From Bryobacteraceae bacterium (lineage in GTDB: Bacteria; Acidobacteriota; Terriglobia; Bryobacterales; Bryobacteraceae): a DNA stretch of 64,000 nt. The notes below the pieces were generated by a model, which saw nothing but the letters and a program-made list of their open reading frames with translations, searched no databases and was not told where the DNA came from. The position numbers and the translations under genes were made by a program. Every line of letters starts with the position of its first letter. Within the stretch, counting starts at the first letter, position 1. The stretch is from assembly GCA_040081455.1 (NCBI GenBank), contig JBEBGM010000012.1:15124-79123 (forward strand), given 5' to 3'. This document shows positions 19,188 to 29,852 of the stretch, in pieces.

Positions 19188-19354
19188 TGGTGTTTTGAGT
19201 GTAAGGCCTGCAACACGTGAGGTCAACACTGTATAGGCCCAGTGAAACACCGTTATTGTTCCGGTACTTTTTCTGGATTTATCCGTAAAAGTTCCATCGA
19301 AGAGGGAAGCTCACCGAGTGCGCGATAATCGTTAAGTTACTGAAGGAGAACCGA

Positions 19355-20062
19355 ATGACTCAGACCAACAGCGGGCCCGCTGACTACGCCGTTCCCGCTC
19401 CTCCGATCCCGTCGCTGGCGGTGGTGGGAGGCAATCTCCGCTATCCCGTGCGCCGCATCCACTGCGTTGGGCGGAACTACCTGGCTCACGTCCGCGAGTT
19501 GGGCAACGACGAAAAAATGCCCCCGCTGTTTTTCGCAAAAGCTCCGGACATGATCGTTGAGACAGGCTCAATCATCCCCTACCCCATCTTCACGCAGAAC
19601 TATCATTACGAAATTGAATTGGTTGTCGCGATGAAGTCCGGCGGCACGAACATTCCGGTGGAGCAAGCTCTTGACCATGTTTATGGCTACGCTATCGGCC
19701 TGGATATGACTCGCCGCGACGTACAACAGGCGGCGGCAAAGGCGGGACGGCCGTGGGAAGTCGGCAAGTCTTTCGATCAGTCGGCGCCCTGCGGCCCCAT
19801 CTATCCGGTGTCGGCCGTGGGGCACATTGCGTCAGGGCATATCGATCTAAAGGTAAACGGCAATGTGAAGCAGGAATCCGACATCAGCAACATGATGTGG
19901 GACGTTGCGCACATCATTCATCACCTGTCTTTACAAGTGGCGATTTGCCCCGGCGATCTCATTTTCACTGGAACTCCAGAAGGAGTGGGTCCGGTGGTGG
20001 CGGGCGACGAGATGGTGGGCAGCATCGAGAAACTCGGCGAATTGCGCATCAAAGTTGTTTAG
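19355..20062 (+). CDS. Fumarylacetoacetate hydrolase (FAH) family protein
   Basis: 235-aa ORF preceded by GAAGGAG. FAH-family motifs CVGRNYLAHVRE, YEIELVV and GDLIFTGTPEGVG. Confidence 0.85.
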   Translation: MTQTNSGPADYAVPAPPIPSLAVVGGNLRYPVRRIHCVGRNYLAHVRELGNDEKMPPLFFAKAPDMIVETGSIIPYPIFTQNYHYEIELVVAMKSGGTNIPVEQALDHVYGYAIGLDMTRRDVQQAAAKAGRPWEVGKSFDQSAPCGPIYPVSAVGHIASGHIDLKVNGNVKQESDISNMMWDVAHIIHHLSLQVAICPGDLIFTGTPEGVGPVVAGDEMVGSIEKLGELRIKVV

Positions 20063-20171
20063 GATCTCGAGCGAATCCGTGCTGTGGGGGGCCGCGGCGA
20101 ATCGTTGTGGCCGCTCCTATTTTGCCTGCCAGGTGGATTGGGGGCCAACGCTCCCGTAGTGCGGCCGACGA

Positions 20172-20795
20172 CTATGGTTCAATCTGCCGCATAATTCGCC
20201 GCACTTCGCCTGGATACGCGGGCCGCGGGTTGTACTGGAACAACAGGCTTTCGATCGGCTTGCCGCGATAGTACGGGTGCCGTCCCAAGCGGTTCGCCAT
20301 GAATTCGATACCAGCGGAAACGGAAGCGAAGCTGACTGTGCTCGGGTGGTAACCCAGGCGGTTGTTTCCCTTTTCGTGAACGCCACATTGCGTTTCGCGG
20401 ATCGATATCGCGGGAAGCAGGCGGTAATCGAGGCCGTTTCTGTCCGCCAGATGCAGATACTCTTCAATGTGTTGAGGTGCCGGGCACCGGTAGCGCGAAA
20501 AGAATTTTTCGACCCGCGCGTAACGGGGGTCCAGAGCAGGAACGTAGGGAATCGCCTCCAATTCTGCCGCCGTCAAGCAATGGCTCGCGTCCATGGTAGC
20601 TTGCACCGTTGCGTCAGCCGTGGCGTTGGCAAAACAAAGCAATCCAACCACGGGAGCCGTCAACAGCAGCGCATGTCTGTACCGCGCGTGAACCTGCGTC
20701 CGCAAACCGTCCCCAACACGCGCGAGCGAGCGCTGGATTGACGGCGGTTTCCATCGAATGCGAACGACCATAATTAATCCCTTCGGCATCCACAT
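20172..20795 (-). CDS. Hypothetical exported protein, possible lysozyme-like/SLT fold
   Basis: 207-aa ORF with an uncertain start. Hydrophobic segment LLLTAPVVGLLCFANATA. LLPAISIRETQCG resembles the catalytic-Glu region of lytic transglycosylases. This is a weak by-eye call. Confidence 0.4.
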   Translation of the reverse strand: MWMPKGLIMVVRIRWKPPSIQRSLARVGDGLRTQVHARYRHALLLTAPVVGLLCFANATADATVQATMDASHCLTAAELEAIPYVPALDPRYARVEKFFSRYRCPAPQHIEEYLHLADRNGLDYRLLPAISIRETQCGVHEKGNNRLGYHPSTVSFASVSAGIEFMANRLGRHPYYRGKPIESLLFQYNPRPAYPGEVRRIMRQIEP

Positions 20796-20902
20796 GCCTC
20801 AGGTTTAGCGATAGGACGGGGTTATCAGTCTACCACCCACGAGGAAGCTCCTCGAAGCAGTACTGATTCCCCTGCGGTACTAGCTAACCGAGCCTTCCCA
20901 GA

Positions 20903-23707
20903 GTGTTCGCAAAGCCACCGTACGCCATGGGGAGCCCGGTGGGACAATGGAAGAGCTTGCTAGACCGCATCACCGTGCATGGGGCACGGCAACATAATTT
21001 AAAGAACATCGACGTCGAGATTCCGCGCAATAGCTTCACCGTTATTACGGGGTTGAGCGGTTCCGGGAAATCGTCGCTGGCCTTCGACACCATCTATGCC
21101 GAGGGCCAGCGGCGCTACGTCGAAACACTTTCGCCCTACGCGCGGCAGTTCCTCGATCAGATGGAACGGCCGGAGGTCGATTCCATCGATGGCCTTAGTC
21201 CCGCGATCTCGATTGAGCAGAAAACCACCAGCCGCAGCCCGCGTTCGACGGTTGGAACGATCACTGAGATCTACGATTACTTGCGCGTGCTGTATGCCTC
21301 CATCGGCATTCCGCATTGCCCCACGTGCGGCCTGGAGATCTCGAGGCAATCGACGCAGCAGATTTTGGAACAGGTGATGGCGCTGGGCTCCAAAGAACGC
21401 GTCATGATCCTTGCGCCCATCGTTCGCCATCGCAAGGGCGAATACAAAAAGGAAATGGAAAAGCTGGTGCGTCAGGGATTCCTGCGCGCCCGCATTGATG
21501 GCGTGCTGCGTTCGCTTGACGAAGAGATCACTCTCGATAAGCGCAAGAACCATACGATCGAAGTTGTCGTGGACCGGTTGCTCATCAAGCCGGAAGTGGA
21601 GAAGCGGCTGGAAGCCTCCATTGAAACAGCGACGAAACTTGCCGATGGACTGGTGTTGGTCGCCGTCGTGGAGGGCGAAGAGCGGTTGTATTCGCAAAAG
21701 CTCGCCTGCCCCGAATGCGGCGGTAGCGTGCCACAACTGGAGCCTCGCTCGTTCTCCTTCAACAGCCCGTTTGGCGCCTGCGAAACGTGTCACGGCCTTG
21801 GCAGCCGATGGAGTTGGGATCCGGTGAAACTGGTAGTAGACCCTTCGAAGCCGCTGCTCGAAGGCGGCCTCGGCATCGGAGGTAGTTCGTCCTATGTGAC
21901 ACCCGATCTGAAGTTGCTCGCAAGCCGCTTGAAGATCCCGATTCAGAAACCGTTCGAACAACTCCCCAAGAAGTCCCAAGACGCGATGACCGAGGGTTTG
22001 ATCGAGGCCCTGGATCATTACTACGATCTCGATAGCGTTTCGGAATCGACGCGCGAGTGGCTGCTCAGCTATCAATCGTCCTCGATCTGCCCCGATTGCA
22101 GAGGAAAGCGGCTGAAGCCATCAAGCCTCGCAGTGCGTGTCAAAAGCGTGACCATTGCCGAACTCACCAGTATGTCGGTAACGCACGCGCTGGAGACGGT
22201 GAAGAAGTGGAAGCTGAACCCACGAGAGAAACAAATCGGCGGGCGGCCCGTGGACGAAGTGCGCAGCCGGCTTGAGTTTCTGGTCGCGGTGGGATTGGAT
22301 TATCTGAGCCTCGAACGTTCGGCCGCCACGCTTTCCGGTGGCGAAGCGCAACGCATTCGACTGGCCACGCAGATCGGTTCGAAGCTACGCGGTGTTCTTT
22401 ATGTGCTCGATGAACCATCCATCGGCTTGCATCCACGCGACAATGGGCGCTTGCTCGAATCACTCGCGGAGTTGCGCGATTTAGGCAACACCGTGCTTGT
22501 GGTGGAGCACGACGCCGAAACGATTGAGCGCGCCGACTATGTAATCGACCTTGGCCCTGGCGCAGGACGGCTGGGCGGCCATCTTGTCGCCCAGGGGACT
22601 CCAAAGGCGATTGAATCGAACAAGGAATCGCTGACGGGGCAATATCTTTCCGGGGCCCGGGTGATTGAAACACGGCAAGTGCGCCGGACGCCAGGTGAAC
22701 GCGCAATCGCCATCCGAGGCGCTACGGAACATAACCTCAAGGATGTTTCCGTCGATTTCCCGCTTGGTTTGTTTGTTGTCGTTACAGGTGTCTCGGGCAG
22801 CGGCAAATCGACATTGGTGAACGACATTCTCTATCGCGCGGCCGCAAAGCATGTGTACGGATCGCACGCGATGCCAGGCGCGCATGAGTCAATCACGGGA
22901 CTGGACTTGCTGGATAAAGTCATCGAGATTGATCAGGCAGCCATCGGGCGCACGCCGCGCTCGAATCCGGCGACGTACACGCAGGTGTTCACGCACATTC
23001 GCGATCTCTACGCGATGCTGCCGGAATCGCGCGAACGCGGCTACAAACCGGGGAGATTCAGCTTCAACGTGAAAGGCGGGCGCTGCGAGGCATGCCAGGG
23101 TGACGGGCAGAAGCGCATCGAAATGAATTTTCTGCCTGACGTTTTCGTTACCTGTGACGTCTGCCGAGGACGGCGCTACAACCACGAGACGCTGCAGGTG
23201 CGCTACAAGAATTGCTCCATCGCGGATTTGTTGGAGATGCCGGTAGAAGACGCATTGTCGCTGCTTGAGAACATTCCGCAGATCCGGATGAAGCTTGAAA
23301 CGCTGGTACAGGTGGGCCTGGGCTACCTGCATTTGGGGCAATCGTCGACCACACTCTCCGGCGGCGAAGCGCAACGTATTAAGCTTGCCCGCGAACTGAG
23401 CCGGAGGCAGACGGGTAAGACTCTGTACATTTTGGATGAGCCCACCACAGGGCTGCACTTCGAAGATGTTCGCAAGCTGCTCGACGTTCTGCATAGCCTG
23501 GTGGAATTGGGCAATACTGTCGTCGTGATCGAACATCACCTGGATGTGGTCAAAACGGCGGATTGGCTGATCGACTTGGGCCCGGAGGGCGGTGACCGAG
23601 GCGGACAATTGATGGTGTGCGGCACGCCCGAAGAAATCGCGAGGCATCCAAAGAGCTTCACCGGCCAGGCATTGCGGCCGGCACTGCGGCAAAGGCGCCA
23701 TTCATGA
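20903..23707 (+). CDS. uvrA: Excinuclease ABC subunit A
   Basis: 934-aa ORF with a GTG at 20903 and an alternative ATG at 20927. Two ABC modules ([25 protein letters not shown]; LSGGEAQRI twice) and zinc-finger Cys pairs (CPTCG, CPECGG, CEACQG...CDVCRG). Confidence 0.95.
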   Translation: MFAKPPYAMGSPVGQWKSLLDRITVHGARQHNLKNIDVEIPRNSFTVITGLSGSGKSSLAFDTIYAEGQRRYVETLSPYARQFLDQMERPEVDSIDGLSPAISIEQKTTSRSPRSTVGTITEIYDYLRVLYASIGIPHCPTCGLEISRQSTQQILEQVMALGSKERVMILAPIVRHRKGEYKKEMEKLVRQGFLRARIDGVLRSLDEEITLDKRKNHTIEVVVDRLLIKPEVEKRLEASIETATKLADGLVLVAVVEGEERLYSQKLACPECGGSVPQLEPRSFSFNSPFGACETCHGLGSRWSWDPVKLVVDPSKPLLEGGLGIGGSSSYVTPDLKLLASRLKIPIQKPFEQLPKKSQDAMTEGLIEALDHYYDLDSVSESTREWLLSYQSSSICPDCRGKRLKPSSLAVRVKSVTIAELTSMSVTHALETVKKWKLNPREKQIGGRPVDEVRSRLEFLVAVGLDYLSLERSAATLSGGEAQRIRLATQIGSKLRGVLYVLDEPSIGLHPRDNGRLLESLAELRDLGNTVLVVEHDAETIERADYVIDLGPGAGRLGGHLVAQGTPKAIESNKESLTGQYLSGARVIETRQVRRTPGERAIAIRGATEHNLKDVSVDFPLGLFVVVTGVSGSGKSTLVNDILYRAAAKHVYGSHAMPGAHESITGLDLLDKVIEIDQAAIGRTPRSNPATYTQVFTHIRDLYAMLPESRERGYKPGRFSFNVKGGRCEACQGDGQKRIEMNFLPDVFVTCDVCRGRRYNHETLQVRYKNCSIADLLEMPVEDALSLLENIPQIRMKLETLVQVGLGYLHLGQSSTTLSGGEAQRIKLARELSRRQTGKTLYILDEPTTGLHFEDVRKLLDVLHSLVELGNTVVVIEHHLDVVKTADWLIDLGPEGGDRGGQLMVCGTPEEIARHPKSFTGQALRPALRQRRHS

Positions 23708-24663
23708 GCAAATACCGTGAAAAACCGATCTCGTTTGATGGGCTGAAGACCATCCCGATCGCGGACCGCGGCGGAAAAGTCACGGTGGAGCATTTCGCGC
23801 AGCCATATCAAAAAGGCTCGGGCGTGGACGGTTTGGTCGCGGGACTGCCGTGCATTCTTGCGGGCGACTCTTTTCGTGCGGTGGTCGACGCGGTGAGAAC
23901 GGCGCGCGCCCAAAAGAAAGCCATCTTGTGGGGCATGGGCGGGCACGTAGTCAAGTGCGGGCTGGCCGATATTCTGCTGGATCTCATGCGGCGCGGATGG
24001 GTAACCGGGTTCGTCATGAATGGCGCGGCGTCGATTCACGATTTCGAAATCGGAATTGCGGGACAAACAAGCGAAGACGTGGAAGCCGTGCTCCCCGATG
24101 GCCGCTTCGGAGCCGCCGAAGAGACTGGTCGCGAGATGAATACGGCGATTGTCGATGGCGTCCGCGATGGCATTGGCCTGGGGGAAGCGTTGGGCCGCAA
24201 GCTGGAGACGCTTGCCAAGCCGCAGTTCGCGTCGCACAGCATCGTTGCGCAATCGTACGTCGCCAGTGTGCCGTTGACAGTGCACGTCGCGGTGGGAACA
24301 GATACGCCGCACACACATCCGGCCGCCGATGGCGCAGCGATTGGCGCGGCGACGCATCGCGATTTCCAACTGCTTTGTTCGCTGGTGCGCGGGCTCGATC
24401 AAGGCGGCGTGTATTTGAACCTTGGCTCGGCCGTTGTCTTACCGGAAGTATTTTTAAAATCGGTTTCCGTGGTGCGCAACCTGGGTTATCCTCTGGCTGG
24501 ATTCACTACGGTGAACTTCGATTTCTTGCAACACTATCGCCCCAGGATGAACGTCGTGGAACGCCCTCACGCGAAATCCGGAGGCCGCGGGTATGCCATT
24601 ACCGGCCATCATGAGTTGATGATTCCTCTGCTGGCCGCGGCGCTGATTGAAAGCGAAGGGTGA
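23704..24663 (+). CDS. Conserved hypothetical protein, weakly deoxyhypusine-synthase-like
   Basis: The ATG at 23704 overlaps the uvrA stop codon (ATGA) and gives a 319-aa product. The family call rests only on a loose by-eye resemblance to DHS-type Rossmann proteins ([40 protein letters not shown]). Confidence 0.35.
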   Translation: MSKYREKPISFDGLKTIPIADRGGKVTVEHFAQPYQKGSGVDGLVAGLPCILAGDSFRAVVDAVRTARAQKKAILWGMGGHVVKCGLADILLDLMRRGWVTGFVMNGAASIHDFEIGIAGQTSEDVEAVLPDGRFGAAEETGREMNTAIVDGVRDGIGLGEALGRKLETLAKPQFASHSIVAQSYVASVPLTVHVAVGTDTPHTHPAADGAAIGAATHRDFQLLCSLVRGLDQGGVYLNLGSAVVLPEVFLKSVSVVRNLGYPLAGFTTVNFDFLQHYRPRMNVVERPHAKSGGRGYAITGHHELMIPLLAAALIESEG

Positions 24664-24676
24664 CGCAGGAACAGCG

Positions 24677-25408
24677 ATGATTCCTACCTTTGCCGAGGGA
24701 CGCGACAAGAACGTTCCGTTCTGGACGTACACGGATCTGGCGTTATTCCTCTGCACCATCCTACCCTCGTTCGCGCTGGGGATGGTCACGATGCGTTTGC
24801 TACGATCGGTGGCCCCGGCATTAGTGGCGAATGAAACCGCGGCGGCACTGTCATTTCAGGCGCTGCTTTACGCGTTCATGCTGACGTCGCTTTACTTCGT
24901 GGTGGCATCGAAACATCAACGGCCGTTTTGGAACTCGCTGGCCTGGACGCTGCCCGTACCGCATCCGTTCTTCATGCTGGTTGCGGGCCCAACTCTGGCT
25001 GTATCGCTTTCGGCATTGGGCGTGGCGTTGCACGCGCCGGAGGTGGATTCTCAGATTTCGAAATTGATCACTAGCCGAACGGCATTCGCTGAGCTGATGT
25101 TTTTCGGGGTGGTGCTGGCTCCTGTGTTCGAGGAGTTAGTATTTCGCGGCTTTCTGTTTCCCTTAATCGCCGAGTACACGGGACCATGGCCCGCGGTGGT
25201 GCTGACGGCGGTGCCGTTTGCGCTGCTGCACGGTGCGCAGTATTCGTGGGCGTGGCAACAAATTACGATCATCGGGATTGCGGGCCTTGTGTTTGGCGTG
25301 GTGCGGCACAAAACGGGCACCACTGCGGCATCATCACTCTTACATGCGGCCTACAACCTGACTGGATTCGCAGGCTACATGGTGGCCCGGTGGGCTACGC
25401 TGCGATAA
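24677..25408 (+). CDS. CPBP-family intramembrane glutamic endopeptidase (CAAX protease/Abi)
   Basis: ORF 24647..25408; the ATG at 24677 follows AGGA. Motifs EELVFRG, LLHGAQY and LLHAAYN sit within a polytopic protein. Confidence 0.8.
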   Translation: MIPTFAEGRDKNVPFWTYTDLALFLCTILPSFALGMVTMRLLRSVAPALVANETAAALSFQALLYAFMLTSLYFVVASKHQRPFWNSLAWTLPVPHPFFMLVAGPTLAVSLSALGVALHAPEVDSQISKLITSRTAFAELMFFGVVLAPVFEELVFRGFLFPLIAEYTGPWPAVVLTAVPFALLHGAQYSWAWQQITIIGIAGLVFGVVRHKTGTTAASSLLHAAYNLTGFAGYMVARWATLR

Positions 25409-25478
25409 TCGTCAAACGATAGACCGAAGACTTGCCACATGAGCGGAGCTGTATCCCGCGATCCGGAACAACAAAAAA

Positions 25479-25498
25479 GGCGCGGCTTTCACCGCGCC
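25479..25498 (-). terminator. Rho-independent terminator of the lpd-lipB-E2 operon
   Basis: The minus strand reads GGCGCGG-TGAAAG-CCGCGCC-TTTTTTGTTGTT, 25 nt after the E2 stop codon. Confidence 0.7.
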
Positions 25499-25523
25499 CT
25501 CGTATACTTCCAAGCGCGAACTT

Positions 25524-26900
25524 CTATAGAATCTCTTCGCTCCAGTTTTCGAGCACCGACTTCACCTTCTGCGTGAACTGGTCACCCAGCGCGCCGTCGA
25601 TGATACGATGATCGAACGTGAGTGCTAGATACGCCTGCGAGCGGATCGCGATGGCATCGTCAATCACCACCGGAACTTTCTCCACCGCGCCCACGCCCAA
25701 GACGCCCACTTGCGGCTGATTGATGATCGGCGTTGCGAAGACGCTGCCGAAGCTGCCGAAATTCGTGACAGAGAACGTTCCGCCCTGCACTTCGTCGGGC
25801 CTCAACTGGCGGGAACGGGCGCGCGACGCCAAATCGGAAATCGAACGCTGCAGGCCCACCACGTTCTTCTCATCCGCGTTGCGGATCACCGGAACGATCA
25901 GGCCATTTTCCAGCGCCACGGCGATGCCGAGGTTGATATCGCGATGGTAGATGATATTTGTTCCGTCGATTGACGCGTTTAGAATCGGGAACTGCTGCAA
26001 AGCCGCCGTGGTCGCGCGCAGAATGAACGGGAGGAACGTCAGGCTGAAGCCGTGGCGCGCCTGGAATTCGTTCTTGAGCTTGGTGCGGATCTTCGCCACC
26101 TTCGTCATGTCCACCTTGTGCACCGTGGTGACGTGGGCCGAAGTGCGCTTGCTGAAGACCATGTGCTCGGCGATCTTCTGCCGCATGATGCTCATTGGTT
26201 CCACACGGCCCGCGGGAGCCTGACCGCGGAACTGCGCGGGCTGCTCGTAGGGAACCGGAGGCGGAGACACTTGCACCGCCGGGGGCACCGTGGCCACCGC
26301 GCGCGGGGCCTGTTGTGGCGGAGCCTGAGGTGGAGGCGGCGCAGCCTGAACAACCGGCGCAGGCGAAGGAGCTTGCGGTGCGGGCACGGCTGTGCGGCGC
26401 GCCAAAAACTCTTCAAGATCCTGCTTCGTAATGCGGCCGCCAGCGCCCGTGCCACGCACCTGATTCAGATCGACGCCATTCTCGCGCGCCATCTTACGCA
26501 CCAGCGGAGAAAGCGGGCCCGCAGCCTCTTCCGCAATCGCTTCGGCTTCCACTTCTACCGTCACCTGCGCAACAGGAGCAGGCGCTGCTGCGGGCATCGC
26601 GATCACGGGAGCTGCGGCTTGAGCAGCCTGTACGGCCGGTGCCGCCGGAGCGGCTGCCGCGGACGCGCCATCGCTGATGCGTCCAACCACAGTATTGATG
26701 CCAACCGTGGTGCCTTCCTGCACCAGAATCTCGCCCAGAATACCGGAGGAGGGCGCCGGAATCTCGGTATCTACCTTGTCCGTCGAAATCTCAAAAAGGG
26801 GCTCGTCGCGTTCGACGTGGTCGCCGGCCTTTTTCAGCCACTTGGTTAGCGTCCCTTCGACAATGCTCTCGCCCATCTGGGGCATGACGACATCAATCAT
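25524..26900 (-). CDS. 2-oxoacid dehydrogenase E2 component (dihydrolipoamide acyltransferase)
   Basis: 458-aa ORF. One lipoyl domain (EISTDKVDTEIPAP), Ala/Pro linkers, a peripheral-subunit-binding domain (SPLVRKMARENGVDLNQVRGTGAGGRITKQD) and a catalytic domain (LTFDHRIIDGA). Confidence 0.9.
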   Translation of the reverse strand: MIDVVMPQMGESIVEGTLTKWLKKAGDHVERDEPLFEISTDKVDTEIPAPSSGILGEILVQEGTTVGINTVVGRISDGASAAAAPAAPAVQAAQAAAPVIAMPAAAPAPVAQVTVEVEAEAIAEEAAGPLSPLVRKMARENGVDLNQVRGTGAGGRITKQDLEEFLARRTAVPAPQAPSPAPVVQAAPPPPQAPPQQAPRAVATVPPAVQVSPPPVPYEQPAQFRGQAPAGRVEPMSIMRQKIAEHMVFSKRTSAHVTTVHKVDMTKVAKIRTKLKNEFQARHGFSLTFLPFILRATTAALQQFPILNASIDGTNIIYHRDINLGIAVALENGLIVPVIRNADEKNVVGLQRSISDLASRARSRQLRPDEVQGGTFSVTNFGSFGSVFATPIINQPQVGVLGVGAVEKVPVVIDDAIAIRSQAYLALTFDHRIIDGALGDQFTQKVKSVLENWSEEIL

Positions 26901-27670
26901 AAGTTCTCCATTTCGCGGCCAAACACGCGCCCGAAACTGCGGCCCAGCGCGGCCATCACATCTTCCCGAGTAGCGCTAACACCCAGCGCCCGCATCGAGG
27001 TGACCGGTTTCGTTAACCCACAAGGAACGATGTACCGGAAGTAACTTAAATCCGTATCCAAATTCAGCGCGAAACCGTGGGAGGTCACCCAACGGCTGAT
27101 ATGCACGCCAATCGCGGCGATCTTTGCGCGAGGCCCTATCGCCTCGTTGTCGAAAGCCGCTGCTTGCGACGTCCATACGCCTGTCGCGCCCGGCTCGCGA
27201 TCCGCGGCGATGCCGAACCCAGCCAGAGCGTCCATCATCACTTGCTCCAGCCCGCGAACGTAGGCAACCACGTCGCGTTTCCATTCTCTCAAATCGAAGA
27301 TCGGGTAGCCCACAATCTGCCCGGGTCCGTGATACGTTACGTCCCCGCCCCGATCGCTCCGGTGAAACTCGATGCCCGAGCGTTCCAGCAACTCCGGCCC
27401 GGCCAGCAAATTCTCATCATGCCCGCTGCGGCCCATGGTGACCACATGCGGATGCTCCACGAACAAAAATTGATCACAGATCTCGCCGCGCTTCCGCAGC
27501 TCGACGAATTTCTGTTGCAGGGCGAACGTCTCGGCGTACCGCATCTTGCCGAGGTCGCGAACCTGGCACCGCACGGGGCCAGGCGGCGGAGGATGGAAGA
27601 TAGAAGCCCCGACGACAGCGTCAAACTGTCCCGCGTCTTCGGCCCTCTGTCCTCCGGCGGCCTCAAGCAT
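26897..27670 (-). CDS. lipB: Lipoyl(octanoyl) transferase
   Basis: 257-aa ORF. Motifs RGGDVTYHGPGQ, KIAAIGV and VPCGL. ATGA overlap with the E2 start and an 8-nt overlap with the lpd 3' end. Confidence 0.85.
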   Translation of the reverse strand: MLEAAGGQRAEDAGQFDAVVGASIFHPPPPGPVRCQVRDLGKMRYAETFALQQKFVELRKRGEICDQFLFVEHPHVVTMGRSGHDENLLAGPELLERSGIEFHRSDRGGDVTYHGPGQIVGYPIFDLREWKRDVVAYVRGLEQVMMDALAGFGIAADREPGATGVWTSQAAAFDNEAIGPRAKIAAIGVHISRWVTSHGFALNLDTDLSYFRYIVPCGLTKPVTSMRALGVSATREDVMAALGRSFGRVFGREMENL

Positions 27671-29057
27671 TGATCGCTAATCCGTAAACCGCGTTGAAGG
27701 CTTCGCCCAGCGCTTCGTAAATCGTTGGATGCGCGTGGATGGTGTGCATCAGCGTCTCTACCGTCGCTTCTGCTTCCATCGCCAACACGCCTTCGCCGAT
27801 CAGCTCAAACGCTTCCGGACCAATGATGTGCACGCCGAGAATCTCGCCGTACGTCTCATCGGCCACAATCTTCACGAAGCCATCGTGCGAACCCAAAATG
27901 CTGGCCTTGCTGTTGGCGACGAACGGGAACTTGCCAACCTTCACCTTGCGGCCCTGCGCGCGCGCCTGTGCTTCGGTGAGACCCACGCTGCCGATACCGG
28001 GATCAGTGTAGGTCGCACCCGGAATGCGGTTCTTGTTGATGGGCGTCGCAGGTTTGCCCGCGATGTGCGCCACGGCAACCATGCCTTCGGCCGATGCGAC
28101 GTGCGCAAGCTGCGGCGTTCCGGCGACGATATCGCCGATCGCATACACGCCCGGTTCGCCCGTGCGCTGATACTGATCCACCTTGATGAAGCCGCGGTCC
28201 GTCTGGATGCCCGTTCCTTCGATGCCGATGTTCTCGGTGTGCGGCTTGCGGCCCACGGCCACCAGCAGCGCCTCGGTTTCCACGGTTTCCTGCTTACCGC
28301 TAGCGAGTGTTGCTGTGAAGCGCACGCCCGAATCAGTCACCTGAATGTTTTCGGCTTTCGCGCCGGTTTCGATGCGGATGCCGCTCTTCTTGAAGACGCG
28401 CTCCAGTTCCTTCGAGACATCTTCATCTTCCACCGGCACAATGCGCGGCAGCATTTCGAAGATGCTCACTTTTGATCCGAACCGATGGAAGCAGGACGCA
28501 AACTCCACACCCACCGCGCCCGCGCCCAAAACGGCGAGCGATTTCGGCACCTCGGTGAGGTTCAGAATTTCAATATTGGTGAGGATGCGCTTGGCGTCAG
28601 GCTGCAGCCCCGGCAGCATGCGCGCAGTGGAGCCCGTCGCCAGAATCACGTTCTTGGTCTCGAGAATCTGCTTGCCCCCGTCCGTGGTCACTTCCACTTT
28701 GCCCGGACCCGCAAGGCGGCCATAGCCCTTGATGACCTCGACCTTGTTCTTCTTCATCAAGAACTCGACGCCCTTGGCGTGTTTGGAAACAATGCCGTTC
28801 TTGCGCTGATTTACCACCGGGAAATCCAGTCGCGGATTCTCGCAGTGGATGCCCTCTTCCGCGGAGTGATTGAAGCGCTCCCACACGTCCGCCGAATGCA
28901 GCAACGCCTTGGTCGGAATGCAGCCGACGTGCAGGCAGGTGCCACCCAGCTTCGGATCTTTTTCAATGATGGCGGTTTTGAGGCCGTATTGTCCCGCACG
29001 AACGGCCGCCGAGTAACCACCGGGACCGCTCCCGATGACAATCACGTCGTAGCTCAT
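27663..29057 (-). CDS. lpd: Dihydrolipoyl dehydrogenase (E3)
   Basis: 464-aa ORF. FAD motif GSGPGGY, redox disulfide GGTCLHVGCIPTK, NAD motif GAGAVGVE and C-terminal HAHPT. Confidence 0.95.
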   Translation of the reverse strand: MSYDVIVIGSGPGGYSAAVRAGQYGLKTAIIEKDPKLGGTCLHVGCIPTKALLHSADVWERFNHSAEEGIHCENPRLDFPVVNQRKNGIVSKHAKGVEFLMKKNKVEVIKGYGRLAGPGKVEVTTDGGKQILETKNVILATGSTARMLPGLQPDAKRILTNIEILNLTEVPKSLAVLGAGAVGVEFASCFHRFGSKVSIFEMLPRIVPVEDEDVSKELERVFKKSGIRIETGAKAENIQVTDSGVRFTATLASGKQETVETEALLVAVGRKPHTENIGIEGTGIQTDRGFIKVDQYQRTGEPGVYAIGDIVAGTPQLAHVASAEGMVAVAHIAGKPATPINKNRIPGATYTDPGIGSVGLTEAQARAQGRKVKVGKFPFVANSKASILGSHDGFVKIVADETYGEILGVHIIGPEAFELIGEGVLAMEAEATVETLMHTIHAHPTIYEALGEAFNAVYGLAINA

Positions 29058-29279
29058 TTTCTTTCAGTTTAGCATCCGGGAATCAGGTGGCTTGCAGCAA
29101 TCTGATATGGCCGCTGCTCCTATTCTCGGAAACCGCTCCCGGCGGCAGAATCCCGCATTTTCAACATTTTGCCAAACACCCCTTTGCGATATGGCACACA
29201 AACGCGTTTTCCGGGAACTTTCCGCCGCTCGCAACGGAATGGATAACAGGACAGCGCAAAGACGCGTCCAACGGAGAGC

Positions 29280-29852
29280 ATGCTGGACGACGATCACAGT
29301 TTGTTGGCTCAGGCACTCGGCGGAGACGAGGCGGCATTCTCTGCCCTCTACCGCCGACGACAGGGCCAGATCTTTCGATTCGCGTTCCACATGACCGGCA
29401 ACCGGAGCGCGGCCGAGGATGCAACGCAGGAAACCTTTCTGGCTCTGATCGAACGCAACGGCTGCCCCGATGCCTCCCGCGGCCCGTTGTTGCCGTTCTT
29501 GTATGGCATCGCCAGAAACAAGATCTTGCGCCAGTTCGAAAAGCGGCGGCTGGAAATGGACCTGGATATGGCAAGCAATAATGCGGACAGCGTTGCCGGC
29601 GCGCTGGATGAACTGGCGCGTATGGAATCGATCATTGAGTTGCGCCGTGCCATCGTCTGCATGCCAACACCGTATCGCGAAGCCATTGTGTTGTGCGACC
29701 TCGAAGGAGCCACCTACGAGGATGCAGCCATTGCCTTGAGTTGTCCGGTAGGGACCATTCGCTCTCGCCTCAGCCGTGGCCGGGTGCTGTTGGCACAAAA
29801 GCTGAATGCGGCCCGTACCACAAATGTTCGCACCGCGAGGAGTATCGTATGA
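29280..29852 (+). CDS. ECF-subfamily RNA polymerase sigma-70 factor
   Basis: 190-aa ORF. Region 2 (FSALYRRRQGQIFRFAF...AEDATQETFLAL) and region 4 (YREAIVLCDLEGATYEDAAIALSCPVGTIRSRLSRGR). Confidence 0.85.
   Translation: MLDDDHSLLAQALGGDEAAFSALYRRRQGQIFRFAFHMTGNRSAAEDATQETFLALIERNGCPDASRGPLLPFLYGIARNKILRQFEKRRLEMDLDMASNNADSVAGALDELARMESIIELRRAIVCMPTPYREAIVLCDLEGATYEDAAIALSCPVGTIRSRLSRGRVLLAQKLNAARTTNVRTARSIV

Noticed and set aside
29214-29240. Possible ECF-type autoregulatory promoter (GGAAC, 16 nt, CGGAAT) upstream of the sigma factor gene.
   Set aside because: The -10 element does not match the usual CGTC-type ECF box, and similar GGAAC strings are expected by chance in this GC-rich DNA. 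It cannot be supported without TSS data.
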